The notes under the pieces are model-generated. The model did not search any database, was not told the DNA's origin, and saw nothing but the letters and a program-made list of their open reading frames with translations. A stretch of 64,000 bases of DNA from a bacterium (lineage in GTDB: Bacteria; Vulcanimicrobiota; JAZDOK01). The position numbers and the translations under genes were made by a program. Positions 38,530-50,000 of the stretch are shown in pieces; position 1 is the stretch's first letter, and the number at the start of each line of letters is the position of its first letter. The stretch lies in contig JAZDOK010000001.1 of NCBI GenBank assembly GCA_043798715.1, forward strand, positions 6,480 through 70,479, written 5' to 3'.

Positions 38530-38936
38530 GTTTGAGGCTGGATTTTTCCACCCAGGGCCGGAGTGAAGTCATAGACATCACCGAGCAGGTGGCCGAAGGC
38601 GTTATGCAATCCGGTATCGCCAACGGCGTCGTCACGATCTTTATCCCGGGCTCAACCGCCGCCTTGACGACGGTCGAGTTTGAAGGAGGGCTGATAGAAG
38701 ACTTCCAGGTACTCTGGGAACTTCTCATCCCCCAGGATCGGGAATACGGACACAATGAAAAGTGGCATGACGGAAACGCCCACTCCCATCTCAGGGCCTC
38801 TCTTCTGGGCCCATCCCTCTCAGTCCCGTTCAACGACCGGCGGCTCAACCTGGGCACATGGCAGCAGATCGTCCTCGTGGACTTCGACAACCGCCCCCGC
38901 TCAAGAAAGGTGATCTGCCAGATCATCGGCGAATAA
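38517..38936 (+). CDS. YjbQ/UPF0047-family protein (secondary thiamine-phosphate synthase-like)
   Basis: The start is set at the ATG at 38517, which has an aaaaggag RBS; the longer track ORF overlaps pdxT. The conserved core is VTIFIPGSTAALTTVEFEGGL…HSHLRASLLGPSL. Confidence 0.7.
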   Translation: MPVVSLRLDFSTQGRSEVIDITEQVAEGVMQSGIANGVVTIFIPGSTAALTTVEFEGGLIEDFQVLWELLIPQDREYGHNEKWHDGNAHSHLRASLLGPSLSVPFNDRRLNLGTWQQIVLVDFDNRPRSRKVICQIIGE

Positions 38937-38985
38937 TCACCCTGATCACCAATTTTGGAAAGCCGGCGCAGGAAGGAACAGCATA

Positions 38986-40473
38986 TTGAAGAGGGACCAA
39001 GACAGGACTCCCTACCTGGATGCCATTTTGAAATACGTAAAGGACGGGACGCTCACTTTTCACTGTCCGGGACACCAGCAGGGCAAGGGCGCCCATAAGC
39101 GCCTCCGCGACCTCATCGGGAAGAGCGCCCTTCAGGCCGATATCACCCAGGTACTCGGGCTGGATGACATTCACCAGCCCTTCGGCCCGGTGCTGGAAGC
39201 CCAGGAACTGGCGGCCAGGGCCTACGGGGCCGATTATACGCACTTTCTGATCAATGGCTCCTCCTCCGGAAACCAGGCCATGATCATGGCGGCCTGCAAC
39301 CCGGGCGAAGAGATTATCATTCCCAGGAACGCCCACAAATCAACGATCTCGGCCCTGATCTTAAGCGGCGCCATCCCCGCGTACGTCATGCCTGAATTCG
39401 ATTACCTCATGCACGTGGATCACTCCGTCACTCTGGAGAGCGTTAAAAAATCTCTTTTGGAGCACCCCGCCGCCAGGGCGGTCCTCCTTGTCAGTCCCAC
39501 CTACTATGGTTTTTCAGCCGATCTCGAGCGTATCGAAAAACTGGTGCACGGTCTCGGCAAGATGCTCCTGGTGGATGAGGCCTGGGGCCCGCACCTTCAC
39601 TTTCACCCCGACCTCCCGCTTTCCGCCACGGCGGCCGGCGCCGACCTCTGCGTCAACTCCACTCACAAGATCATCGGGGGCCTATCCCAGACCTCGATGC
39701 TGCATCAGAGTGGAAACCGCGTTGACCGGGGCCGCCTCCAGAGCGTGCTTCGCATCTTCCTCAGTACCAGCCCCAATTCGCTCCTCATCGCCTCCATGGA
39801 CGTGGCCCGGATGCAGATGGCGACGGAGGGGAAAAAACTTCTCAGCCGGGCCATCCGCCTGGGGAATTATCTGCGCGAGAAGATCAATGCCATCCCCGGC
39901 TTCCGCTGCTACGGGGAGGAGATCGTCGGAAAGCCCGGCGCCTTCGATATGGATCCGACGAGAATCACCTTCACGGCGAGAGAGTTGGGCCTGACCGGCT
40001 ATGAAATCGAACGCCACCTTCGCTACCGGCACAATATTCAGATTGAGATGGCCGAACTTTTCAATATCGTCGTCCTGATCACGATCGGACACTCCCGGAA
40101 GGACGTGGACACCTTGGTGGCGGCTCTCCGATCCATCTCGCGGGAATACCAAAAGCAGGCTCCCCTCCCCTCCCCATCCATTTTCTTCGACCGCAGGCGG
40201 GGAAGACCCGTGGAACTTCCCGACTGGCCCCCCCAGCGCCTGGCCCCGCGCGAGGCCTTCACGGCCGGGTTTGCGACTATCCCGCTTAAAAGCTCCGCCG
40301 GACGGATCTGCACGGAGCTGGTGACCCCTTATCCTCCGGGCATTCCGATTCTATGCCCCGGAGAGGAAATCACTCAGGATATCATAGACTACCTCGACGT
40401 CGAGATGGCGGCGGGAGTCCACATCCAGGGTCCGGTCGATCCGCTCCTGGAAACAATACGGGTGGTGAAATAA
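38986..40473 (+). CDS. Orn/Lys/Arg decarboxylase family PLP-dependent enzyme
   Basis: OKR_DC_1-type major domain ([32 protein letters not shown]…, SXHK lysine STHKIIGG). TTG start per ORF track. Confidence 0.7.
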   Translation: MKRDQDRTPYLDAILKYVKDGTLTFHCPGHQQGKGAHKRLRDLIGKSALQADITQVLGLDDIHQPFGPVLEAQELAARAYGADYTHFLINGSSSGNQAMIMAACNPGEEIIIPRNAHKSTISALILSGAIPAYVMPEFDYLMHVDHSVTLESVKKSLLEHPAARAVLLVSPTYYGFSADLERIEKLVHGLGKMLLVDEAWGPHLHFHPDLPLSATAAGADLCVNSTHKIIGGLSQTSMLHQSGNRVDRGRLQSVLRIFLSTSPNSLLIASMDVARMQMATEGKKLLSRAIRLGNYLREKINAIPGFRCYGEEIVGKPGAFDMDPTRITFTARELGLTGYEIERHLRYRHNIQIEMAELFNIVVLITIGHSRKDVDTLVAALRSISREYQKQAPLPSPSIFFDRRRGRPVELPDWPPQRLAPREAFTAGFATIPLKSSAGRICTELVTPYPPGIPILCPGEEITQDIIDYLDVEMAAGVHIQGPVDPLLETIRVVK

Positions 40474-40478
40474 AAAAG

Positions 40479-42023
40479 ATGGTGACAGAGTTCAAGGATG
40501 AAAGCATCCAGATCACCGACGATCTGGACTCCCTTATACACATTCTTCCCCCGGGCATCAAGGGTCGCCTCGAAAGCCTGCCGTCCCTGGAGAACCTTCT
40601 TGAGATAGTGATGGACCTAGGCAGAAAACCCGAAGCCCGCTTCCCCGAGCAGATACACCTCCTTGGGGAGGAAACGGTCACGCGGGACGAGCTGGATTAT
40701 GCGGTCTCAAGGGTCAGCGTCTTCGGAAAGGACAACCGGGCCGGAATCGAGCGGACCCTCCACCGCATCTCGGCCATCCGCAACCGGACAGGCCTGATCG
40801 TTGGACTCACCTGCCGGGTGGGCCGCGCCGTGTACGGCACCATCGCCATCATCCGCGACATCATCGAAAGCGGAAAAAGCATCCTCCTGCTGGGACGTCC
40901 CGGCGTGGGCAAGACCACCATGCTCCGGGAAGTCGCCCGTGTTCTCTCTGACGAGTTCCACAAGCGGGTCATCATCGTGGACACCTCCAATGAAATCGCC
41001 GGGGACGGGGACATCCCCCACCCCGCGATCGGCGGGGCCCGCCGGATGCAGGTCCCTGTTCCCGAACAGCAGCACGCCGTCATGATCGAGGCCGTGGAAA
41101 ACCACATGCCGGAAGTCATCGTGGTGGACGAAATCGGAATCGAGGAAGAGGCTTATGCAGCCCGTACCATCGCCGAGCGCGGCGTGCAGCTCGTGGCCAC
41201 CGCCCACGGGAACACACTTGAGAACCTCCTTATGAACCCCACCCTGTCCGACCTGGTGGGCGGCATTCAGGCGGTCACCCTCGGAGACGAGGAGGCCCGC
41301 CGGAGAAAGTCCCAGAAGACCGTCCTGGAGCGGAAGGCGCCCCCCACCTTCGAGGTGGTCATAGAAATACACTCGGTCGGCAACCTGGTCCTGCACCAGA
41401 ACGTGGCGGAAGTGGTCGATCTGATTCTCAGGGGACTTCCTCCCATGCCTGAAATACGCGTCCGCGATGACTCGGGACGCATGGAGGTTCTCCAGACCTC
41501 CAACATCGAAGAAGTAAAAGTCATGGCCGGGCAGATAAACGGCTTTCACCGTCCGGGCGAAAAATATTCCGGCATCGTCAGAATTTATCCCTACGCCGTC
41601 AGCCGCAACCGCCTGGAAAAATCCATCCGGGAACTGGGCGTCCCGGCGAGAATCGTGAGAAACCTGGAAGAGGCCGACGTCATCCTGGCCGTCAAGGGGC
41701 ACGACCGGAGAGCCGCCTTGAAGCTCAAGGAAACCGGAACCGCCACCATCCGGGACATAAAGAGCAACACGGAAAAACAGATTCGTGCCTTCCTGCAGGA
41801 ACTCTTTGACCTGCCCTCCGGCGACATCGAGGAGGCGGCCATCAAAGAAACGGAAGAGGCCATCCGCGAAGTGCTCCGCACCTCGCAGGCCCGCGAGATC
41901 TCCCCGCAGAATTCATACATCAGGAGTCTGCAGCACAAGCTGGTGGAATCTCACCACCTGTGCTCCCGCTCCACCGGCGAGGAGCCTAACCGGAGACTGA
42001 GGATTTATTTAAATAATGAGTAA
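40479..42023 (+). CDS. AAA-family ATPase with C-terminal R3H-like region (SpoIIIAA/Ycf45-like)
   Basis: Walker [10 protein letters not shown] and Walker B VIVVDEIG. The start was moved to the ATG at 40479 to avoid overlap with the decarboxylase. Confidence 0.55.
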   Translation: MVTEFKDESIQITDDLDSLIHILPPGIKGRLESLPSLENLLEIVMDLGRKPEARFPEQIHLLGEETVTRDELDYAVSRVSVFGKDNRAGIERTLHRISAIRNRTGLIVGLTCRVGRAVYGTIAIIRDIIESGKSILLLGRPGVGKTTMLREVARVLSDEFHKRVIIVDTSNEIAGDGDIPHPAIGGARRMQVPVPEQQHAVMIEAVENHMPEVIVVDEIGIEEEAYAARTIAERGVQLVATAHGNTLENLLMNPTLSDLVGGIQAVTLGDEEARRRKSQKTVLERKAPPTFEVVIEIHSVGNLVLHQNVAEVVDLILRGLPPMPEIRVRDDSGRMEVLQTSNIEEVKVMAGQINGFHRPGEKYSGIVRIYPYAVSRNRLEKSIRELGVPARIVRNLEEADVILAVKGHDRRAALKLKETGTATIRDIKSNTEKQIRAFLQELFDLPSGDIEEAAIKETEEAIREVLRTSQAREISPQNSYIRSLQHKLVESHHLCSRSTGEEPNRRLRIYLNNE

Positions 42024-42699
42024 AGAAGCCATAATTCAGAAGCCAGAAGCCAGAAGTCCCGGCAGAGGGCTGTTCATCACTTTAGAGGGGGTCGAAGGAT
42101 GCGGCAAGACGACCCAGGCCGCCAGGCTGAAAAGGTATCTTGAAGAACGGAATATTCCCGTCCTCTTGACCCGGGAGCCGGGGGGGACGGCGGTTGGGGA
42201 AAAAATAAGGAAGATTCTCATAGACCCTGAAAACAAGGATCTCCTGCCCCTGACGGAGGTACTTCTTTTTTCCGCCGCCCGCCACCAGCACGTCATGGAG
42301 GTTATTCGTCCCGCCCTCGAGAGGGGATTTGTCGTCCTCAGTGATCGTTTTTATGACGCCACCCTCGCCTACCAGGGATTCGGCCGCGGCATCGAGAAGA
42401 CGACTCTGAAAGCACTGACCCGCCTGGCCACCGGCGGATTAAAGCCCGATCTCACGCTCATTCTGGATCTTGATCCGCAAGAGGGCTTTAAACGCCTCTT
42501 GAAAAGCCGGCCGTTTGCTGATAGAATTGAGAAGGAAACTTTGGAATTTTTCCTCCGGGTGCGGGAGGGCTACCTGGCCATCGCCTCCCGGGAAAAGAAG
42601 CGTTGCAGGGTTTTTGACGCGTCTGCGGAAGAAGAGACCCTTCACCGGAAGATCGCCGGGGTCGTGATGAGCCGGTGGAGCCGGCTTAAGAAAGGATGA
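42016..42699 (+). CDS. tmk: thymidylate kinase
   Basis: [15 protein letters not shown]-loop, the DRF/DRY motif region and the lid region. It shows the classic tmk-holB neighbourhood. Confidence 0.85.
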   Translation: MSKEAIIQKPEARSPGRGLFITLEGVEGCGKTTQAARLKRYLEERNIPVLLTREPGGTAVGEKIRKILIDPENKDLLPLTEVLLFSAARHQHVMEVIRPALERGFVVLSDRFYDATLAYQGFGRGIEKTTLKALTRLATGGLKPDLTLILDLDPQEGFKRLLKSRPFADRIEKETLEFFLRVREGYLAIASREKKRCRVFDASAEEETLHRKIAGVVMSRWSRLKKG

Positions 42700-42709
42700 C
42701 TGAGAGCCC

Positions 42710-43036
42710 ATGGACGAGACGGGAAACAGGAAAAGAAAATTCAAGAGAGACTTTTCGGCTCGCGAGTGCAAGCCTTTTAATTTTCACTTGCTGACCGGGG
42801 AGCGGAGCGGCAGGAAATCCCCGCTTAAGCTTTCCGCCGTATTGGAGAGCCTGGAAAAAACACTTTTAAAGTCCATCCTCTCCCTCCCCCCCGAGGAGCA
42901 GTTGGAATCGCTCAATTTCGTGCGCACCTTTGAAGGTAAGGATCGCTATGTAATCAGTATCTGGTACGCCGAAATGAAAGGAAACACGAGCTACTCCTCC
43001 ATGCTTATAAGGGCCTGCGGAATCCGCAAGAATTAA
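42710..43036 (+). CDS. hypothetical protein (108 aa) inserted between tmk and holB
   Basis: Tightly packed between tmk and holB. It is lysine/arginine-rich with no recognisable motifs. Confidence 0.35.
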   Translation: MDETGNRKRKFKRDFSARECKPFNFHLLTGERSGRKSPLKLSAVLESLEKTLLKSILSLPPEEQLESLNFVRTFEGKDRYVISIWYAEMKGNTSYSSMLIRACGIRKN

Positions 43037-44176
43037 ATGATCCATCTATTGGGGCAGGAAAAAGTCCTGCAGCTCCTACAGCGCTTTATCTTGCGGGACG
43101 AGCTTCCCCAATCCCTCCTCTTTACCGGCCCCGAGGGCGTCGGCAGAAAAACAGCGGCCCTCTGGTTCGCCAAGGCGCTCAACTGCCCCTCTCTTTCCAG
43201 TGAGGGATCGCCCTGCGGGCACTGCCTCTCCTGCGATAAAATCGCCCGGGGTATTCACCCCGACGTCCGCCCGATCGAGCCAATGAACGATAAGCTGCGC
43301 CGGGAACTTCAAGGAAAAACTGATAATGAGAAACAATCATCGAATATTAAATCCATAAAGATCGATGATATTCGGCATCTTCAACAAGAATTTTTCCGAA
43401 AACCTCTCGAAGGGCGGCGCAAGGTTTACATTGTTACTGATGCCATGAAAATGCACAGCGAAGCGGCCAGCAGTTTTCTGAAGATACTTGAAGAGCCCCC
43501 ACCCAACGTGACTTTCATCCTGGTTGCGGAATCTCCCTCAGCCCTCCTGCCCACGATCGTCTCGCGGTGCCAGCTAGTGATGTTTTCCCTGCTCCCCAAA
43601 GACCTCATCGTGCACCATCTCATGGAGAAGTTCGGCATTTCTCCCGAAAAAGCCGCGAAGGTCGCCTCCATCTCCGAGGGCAGCCTGGGAAATGCCATAA
43701 AGCTCCTTGAAAACGATAAAAAATGGGACCTGCGGGAGGAAGCTCTGAACTTTGCCGACAAAATCCCCTCCACTTCTCTTTTCGAGATGATCGAATCAAC
43801 CTCCCGCTGGGCGCCTGAGGCCAAAAAGAAGAGACTGAACGGCACAGTAGAACCGGCCTCCCGTTTGGCTGAAGAAGAGAGCCCCGAGGAAGAAAAAAAC
43901 GAGACTCTCCTTGCCTTCCTGGAACATCTGGTGAGTTGGTTTAGAGATGTCCTCATACTGGAGGAGGGGGCTCCGGAAAGCCTGCTCATCAACCAGGATC
44001 GATTGCCGATCCTGATGAAGTGGCGCGGGATTCTTAACCGGAACCTCCTCCAGGAGATCATTTATCTTCTTCTCGAGTCCGCCAGGCAAATCAACAGAAA
44101 TGCCAACGGCCGTCTCGTCCTTCAGAACGTTTTTGTCCAGATGAATAACAAACTCCGGATCCTTGAAGAAATGTGA
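43037..44176 (+). CDS. holB: DNA polymerase III subunit delta'
   Basis: LLFTGPEGVGRKTAALWFAKALNC and the Zn-finger-like CGHCLSC are present. It lies downstream of tmk and upstream of yaaT, the canonical order. Confidence 0.8.
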   Translation: MIHLLGQEKVLQLLQRFILRDELPQSLLFTGPEGVGRKTAALWFAKALNCPSLSSEGSPCGHCLSCDKIARGIHPDVRPIEPMNDKLRRELQGKTDNEKQSSNIKSIKIDDIRHLQQEFFRKPLEGRRKVYIVTDAMKMHSEAASSFLKILEEPPPNVTFILVAESPSALLPTIVSRCQLVMFSLLPKDLIVHHLMEKFGISPEKAAKVASISEGSLGNAIKLLENDKKWDLREEALNFADKIPSTSLFEMIESTSRWAPEAKKKRLNGTVEPASRLAEEESPEEEKNETLLAFLEHLVSWFRDVLILEEGAPESLLINQDRLPILMKWRGILNRNLLQEIIYLLLESARQINRNANGRLVLQNVFVQMNNKLRILEEM

Positions 44177-44183
44177 GGAAACC

Positions 44184-45029
44184 ATGGATAAAGTTGTAGG
44201 AATTTCCTTCAGGCGGGCGGGAAAAGTTTATCTTTTCACTACCGGCGGCCTGGAACTGTCCGAGGAAGAATGGGTCATTGTCGAAACGGCCCGCGGACGC
44301 GAAATCGGGCAGGTGGTAGCCGGTCCCCGGGATATGCAGGAAGAAGACTCTTCCACAACCCTGAAGGGCGTCATGCGGAAAGCCACCCAGAAGGATTTCA
44401 TCGCCGCCAGGGAACTGGAGATGAAGGCGATGGAGGCCTTCCGCATCGGGGAGGCCAAGATCAAATTTCACAAGCTCCCCATGAAACTTCTTGAAGTGGA
44501 GTATACCCTGGATGGCGGCAAGATCATCTTTTGTTTCAGCGCCGAGGGAAGAGTGGACTTCAGGGACCTGGTCAAGGACCTGGCCTCGGTCTTCAGAAAA
44601 CGGATCGAACTGCATCAAATCGGGGTGCGCGATGAGGCTAAAATGCTGGGAGGTCTCGGCTGCTGCGGGAGATCTTTATGTTGCGCGACGTTTCTCACCG
44701 AATTCGCCCCTGTTTCCATCAAGATGGCCAAAGAGCAGAACCTCTCCTTAAACCCCGTCAAAATATCGGGGACCTGCGGACGCTTGATGTGCTGCCTGAA
44801 ATACGAACATGATTTCTACCATGAGGCCCGCAAACGCCTTCCCTCCATCGGGAGCGAGGTTCAGATGGACGATGAAGGAATCGGCGTGGTCGTGGATGTC
44901 AACGTCCCCAAGGATACGGTCATCGTGGAATTACCCAGCAAGGCCCGCCTGGAGATGCCGGGCGGCCAGGCCCGCGTCATTTCCAAAAAGGAAGGCAAGA
45001 GCAAGCCGAAGGCGGAGAAGGAAAAATAG
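44184..45029 (+). CDS. PSP1 C-terminal domain protein (YaaT/RicT-like)
   Basis: Cys-rich PSP1 core CCGRSLCCATF…GTCGRLMCCLKYE. ATG at 44184 with a gagga RBS. Confidence 0.8.
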   Translation: MDKVVGISFRRAGKVYLFTTGGLELSEEEWVIVETARGREIGQVVAGPRDMQEEDSSTTLKGVMRKATQKDFIAARELEMKAMEAFRIGEAKIKFHKLPMKLLEVEYTLDGGKIIFCFSAEGRVDFRDLVKDLASVFRKRIELHQIGVRDEAKMLGGLGCCGRSLCCATFLTEFAPVSIKMAKEQNLSLNPVKISGTCGRLMCCLKYEHDFYHEARKRLPSIGSEVQMDDEGIGVVVDVNVPKDTVIVELPSKARLEMPGGQARVISKKEGKSKPKAEKEK

Positions 45030-45122
45030 AGAACCGCTTCTTAGGTATTTTCCAAATCAGGAGGAATTTTTCTCTGCGGGGGATAATAAGTCATACATAC
45101 CACATGCGCAGGGAGGACGACG

Positions 45123-45377
45123 ATGGCGACTAAAGAGGAAAAACTGGAAAAGGCCATGAGCATCATCGGTGAGGCCATGAAGGAACTCACCCCGGAGGAA
45201 AACAAGTACCTTGTCTGGCTGAAAGAGCAGATTGATGAGGCCGCTGAGGCCATGGGCGGCGAGGAATTCGACCACCGCTCTGAATTCTGCTATGGAATCA
45301 TCACCAGCGGCGAGAAGATCCATAACGAAAAACTTTTGAAAGCCTGTAAAAATTATATCGAAGCCAAGGAAAAATAA
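45123..45377 (+). CDS. hypothetical small acidic protein (84 aa)
   Basis: Good RBS (gggaggacgacgATG) and a downstream terminator. No motifs. Confidence 0.4.
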   Translation: MATKEEKLEKAMSIIGEAMKELTPEENKYLVWLKEQIDEAAEAMGGEEFDHRSEFCYGIITSGEKIHNEKLLKACKNYIEAKEK

Positions 45378-45404
45378 ACCAAAAAAGATTTCTTGTTTTT
45401 TTAC

Positions 45405-45428
45405 GGAGGCGCCAAGGCGCCTCTTTTC
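45405..45428 (+). terminator. rho-independent terminator
   Basis: GGAGGCGCC-AA-GGCGCCTC hairpin followed by TTTTC. Confidence 0.5.
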
Positions 45429-45453
45429 ATAAGGTGCAAACCTCGCTTACGAG

Positions 45454-46254
45454 TCAGACCCCGGCGTACTTCAGAGCTTCTCCGCAGGCGCAGGATCTCT
45501 CCGCAGGCATGGAGGCTATCATCTTCTTAATCAATTCTTTGACCAGTTCGTTGTTCCGATTGAAGACCTTTACGACTTCGCTGGAGGAAACGGGCTCGAT
45601 GCCATCAGCCCCCTCCAGACCGGCGTCATAATCTGTGATGAGTGATATATTCACGAAGCACATCTCCAGCTCCCGGGCCAGGGCCGCTTCGGGATAACCG
45701 GTCATGTTGATGACGGACCAGCCCATTCTGTTAAACCATCGGCTCTCGGCCCGGGTGGAGAACCTGGGACCCTGAATGACAACCATTGTTCCTTCCCGGT
45801 GCAGGGTAACCGAAAGTTTCGCCGCCGCCTCGGCCGCAATCCGCCCCAGGCGGGAGCAGTAGGGATCGGCGGTGCTCACGTGAGTGGTGCACGGCCCGTC
45901 AAAGTAGGTGTCTTTTCTTCCCCGCGTGCGATCCACGAACTGGTCGCAGAGGACGAAATCTCCCGGCTTTAATTGCTTCTGAAGGCTTCCGGCGGCGCAA
46001 GGCGAGATTATCTGGGTAACCCCCAGCTCCTTGAATGCCCACAGGTTGGCGCGGTAGGGTATGCAGTGAGGCGGCAGGCGGTGCCCCCGCCCGTGGCGGG
46101 GGAGAAAGGCCACCTGTCTGCCTTCCAGGGTTCCGACCGTAAAATTGTCGCTCGGAGGGCCGTAGGGCGTGTGAATTTTTATCTCCTCCGCCTCCTCCAG
46201 AAAGGAGTAAAAACCGGAGCCGCCGATAATCCCGATTTGAGCAGACTTATTCAT
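45454..46254 (-). CDS. mtnP: S-methyl-5'-thioadenosine phosphorylase
   Basis: PNP/MTAP family: IGIIGGSGFY…, RHGRGHRLPPH…, and the characteristic MTAP C-terminus. Confidence 0.8.
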   Translation of the reverse strand: MNKSAQIGIIGGSGFYSFLEEAEEIKIHTPYGPPSDNFTVGTLEGRQVAFLPRHGRGHRLPPHCIPYRANLWAFKELGVTQIISPCAAGSLQKQLKPGDFVLCDQFVDRTRGRKDTYFDGPCTTHVSTADPYCSRLGRIAAEAAAKLSVTLHREGTMVVIQGPRFSTRAESRWFNRMGWSVINMTGYPEAALARELEMCFVNISLITDYDAGLEGADGIEPVSSSEVVKVFNRNNELVKELIKKMIASMPAERSCACGEALKYAGV

Positions 46255-46257
46255 GCG

Positions 46258-46767
46258 TCAAGACTCTCCTGACTTTTCATCGGATGCATCCGGTGGTTTA
46301 AAAAAGTCACTCGGCTTAAGGTTCTCAATGAACTTCTTGAATTTCTTGGCCTCCCGGTCTTCGGCCGATTTGTCCAGGATGGTCTCCTCCAGCACAATCC
46401 GCTCGGAGACATAGATCGGCGCATTGGCCCTCAGCGCCAGTGCTATGCTGTCGCTGGGACGCGCATCCACCTCGATGCTGGCGCCGTTATTTTCCAGTAC
46501 GACCTTGGCGTAAAAAGTGTTTTCCTGAATGTCATGGATGACGATCCGGCTGACTTTGGCTTTCAGTGCGTCGATGATGGATTTCATTAAATCATGCGAA
46601 AGGGGCCTGGGAACGGGAGCCCCCTCAAGAGCCAGGGCGATGGCCGTGGCCTCAAACGGCCCGATCAGGATGGGAAGGTATCGCTTCCCGTCCACATCCT
46701 TGAGGATGACGACCGGATCGTGAGTAAGCAGATCGATCCCCAGCTTATCCACTTTCATTTTTCGCAT
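46258..46767 (-). CDS. bifunctional nuclease (BFN/DUF151) domain protein
   Basis: The start was trimmed to the internal ATG (MRKMKVDKLGIDLLTHDPVVILKDVDGKRYLPILIGPFEATAIALALEG…). The upstream part of the track ORF overlaps the opposite-strand gene at 47002. Confidence 0.65.
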   Translation of the reverse strand: MRKMKVDKLGIDLLTHDPVVILKDVDGKRYLPILIGPFEATAIALALEGAPVPRPLSHDLMKSIIDALKAKVSRIVIHDIQENTFYAKVVLENNGASIEVDARPSDSIALALRANAPIYVSERIVLEETILDKSAEDREAKKFKKFIENLKPSDFFKPPDASDEKSGES

Positions 46768-47001
46768 CGGAGCCACTCTCTTTCCGCAGATGGCACGGAA
46801 ATCAGCCTTGACTGACCCGCAGGATGACCTTGAAGTCATTCCCATTATATCAGAAAGGATTGTAAAAATCCAGTCCTTTGGACCCGGACCCTGTAACGCG
46901 AAGTATTTGGATTTCGCGGGCTCTTTGACGCTGCCACCATTCATAATCCGAAAAATCAACTGGAAGGGAGGAAAACACATCCTCCGGCAGAACTTAGAAA
47001 A

Positions 47002-50000
47002 ATGAGTAAAAAAAGAGGTTATTTCTACATCTACCTTTGTTTCTTTTTCTCCGGCCTGACCAGCCTCGTCTACGAGACCATCTGGACCAGAATGCTCAGC
47101 CTGATCTTTGGCCACACCGTCCTGGCCATCAGTACGGTCCTGGCAGTCTTCATGGGAGGCCTGGCCCTCGGAAGCTACCTCCTGGGCCGATGGGTGGATG
47201 ACAGCCGGCGACGCCCCATGGAAGGCCTCTGGCAGTGGCTTGGGAAGGGGAACTCCTCAGTCCCCCTCCGCCTCTACGGCATCCTGGAGGGAATCATCGG
47301 CCTCTACGTCCTCCTCACCCCCGCCCTGCTCGGGGCTATTGAAAAAACCTACGTCATGATCGCCTCCCGGGGAAGCTTTTCGTACAACGCCCTCAGCCTG
47401 GCCTGCTTCTTCATGAGCTTTCTGGCTCTCATCATACCGACCACCTGCATGGGAGCGACCCTCCCCGTCATAAGCAAGTTTCTCATCCACTCCCGCGAGG
47501 AACTCGGCGGAAAGCTGGGAGGCATCTATGCGCTCAACACGGCGGGAGCGGTCACCGGTTCCGCCCTGGCCGGATTCGTGCTCCTCCCGGTCTTCGGAGC
47601 CAGAACCTCCCTCCTGGCGGGAGCCCTCATCAATATCTGGATTTTTTTCCTTATCTTTTATGCAGCTCACGTCTTCGCCGGTGAAAAAGAAGACGACAAA
47701 GGCTCCACCTCCCCGGCGGAGGAAGAATCCCCAGCCGCCAAAAAGGCGCCAGCTCCCCTCCCCCCCTGGATCTTTCGCTGGATCATCCTCTCATTTGGAT
47801 TTGTCGGCTTTTCCTCCATGGTTTACGAGGTGGCCTGGACGCGGGCCATCTGCCTGGCTATCGGAAGTTCCATTTACGCCTTCTCCATCATTCTGACCAC
47901 GTTTCTTCTGGGCATCGCCCTCGGCAGCGCCGTCTTCTCGCTCTTTTTCGCCCGGAGGCAGAACTCCATAATTCTTCTGGCCTGGGTCGAGGCGGCCGTT
48001 GGAGCATCCAGCCTGCTTCTCACCTTTTTTTTCGGAAACCTGCCCTTCTTTTTCTATAAAATTTTTCCCGTCATTCAGGGCTCTCACTTCTCTTTAGTCC
48101 TGGGCGATTTTCTGCTCTGTTTTGCCGCCATGATCGTCCCCACCGCCCTTATGGGCTTCGCCTTTCCCCTGGTCGCGCAGATCTGCACCACCAGCCTTTC
48201 CAGCCTGGGGAAGAGCATCGGGACGGTCTATTCGGCCAACACCCTGGGTTGTATCACCGGCTCATTCCTGGCCGGATTTGTTTTCATACCTCTCCTCGGG
48301 GTCCTGAACACCATGAAAACCGGCATCCTGGCGAACCTGGTCGTGGCCCTCGCTCTTTTTCTCTGCGCCTGTTCGATCCTCTCTTGGCGGCGTATTCTCG
48401 TCCAGAGCCTGTCTTGTCTCATACTCATCGGTGCCACCGTCGCCCTTCCCGCCTGGAACACGGGGGTCATGAGCTGCGGACCGGCCATATATGCCGGGAT
48501 GTGGGAACAGATGGATCGGGTCGAATTTCTTAATAAAATCGCCCAGAAGCCCGTCTTCTACAAGGATGGGCTGAGCTGCACCGTCTCCGTCCACCAGGCG
48601 GTCTATCCTGACATTGAACCCCTGAAAGATTACGCGGTCCGGAAAAATTTCGTCGCCCTCCGGGTCAACGGGAAGGCGGACGCATCCACCATCAGCGCCA
48701 ACATGCAGACCCAGATACTACTCGGATACCTCCCGGCCCTCCTTCACCCATCCCCCAAAAAAGTGGCCGTTATCGGCCTCGGGAGCGGCATTACACTTGA
48801 TACCATACGGCAGGCCCCCGAAGTTAAAAGGGTGGACTGCGCCGAACTTGAGCCGGCAGTGGTGGAGGCCGCCGGCTATTTCTCAAAATATAACCACCGG
48901 GTCCTCACGGACAGCCGGGTGCGTCTCTTCACGACCGACGGCCGCCTCCTGCTCCTGGCCTCGCCCGAGCGCTACGACTTAATCATCTCCGAACCCTCCA
49001 ACCCCTGGATAGCCGGGATCACCAACCTTTTCAGCGTGGAATTCTACCGCATCTGCGCAGAGCGCCTGGCCCCCGGCGGGCTTGTCTGCCAGTGGTTTCA
49101 TCTAAACAATCTGGACCCCTCGGATATAAAAATGATTTTGAATTCTTTCTACTCGGTCTTCCCCTTCGGGAGCCTCTGGTCGAGTGGAGATGGGAGGGAT
49201 CTCATCCTGATCGGCCAGAAGGAAGATCGGTTGATCGACCCGGCCCGCCTGAAGCGCCTCTATGAGATACCGGTTCTGCGCCAGGCTCTTCGGAAACTGG
49301 GCTTTCTCTCCCCGGAAAGCCTCCTGGCCTCCTACCTGATGGATGCCGCAACTGCCCGGAAAATTGCCGCCCTCGCTCCACTCAACACGGATGACCTGCC
49401 GCTTCTGGAATTTTCCGCCCCCCGCTCTTTATACCAGGACACCACCCTGATAAACCTGGAGGGCCTCAGGCAATTCAAGGAAGAGCCCCGCCTTTTAAAG
49501 GACGAAGTGGCCTCCGATTCTCCCGCCTGCTCCCACTTCCATCTGGGAGTCGCCTATATGGCGGCCAGGCAGAAGGAGGATGCCCTCCGGGAATTCGAGA
49601 TGGCCCTCTCCCTCGAACCGACGCTGACGGAAGCCCGTATACAGCAGGGACGGATCCTGATGGACATGGGAAGGAATTCCGATGCCGAACGCTCACTTCT
49701 CCAGGCTTTCAGAGAAAAACAGAAGGAGGCCCGTACGGCCTACCTCCTGGGCCTGCTCAGCCAGAGGAAGAACAAGTGGAGTGAGGCTGAGTCTTTCTTT
49801 CGGAGAGCTCTTGCCGCCTGCGCCGGAGAGGAAGCGGCCTTTAAATACGTTCTCCTCCTCGAATCCGGGCGCTCCCTGGCAAAGCTGGGACGCACCAGGG
49901 AAGCTGAAAACGCCCTTCTTAAGGCATCCTCCACGCAGAAAGAGAACCTGGAAGCCCTCCGGGAGCTGGCCCTTCTTAAATACCGGAGTAACCGCCGGAA

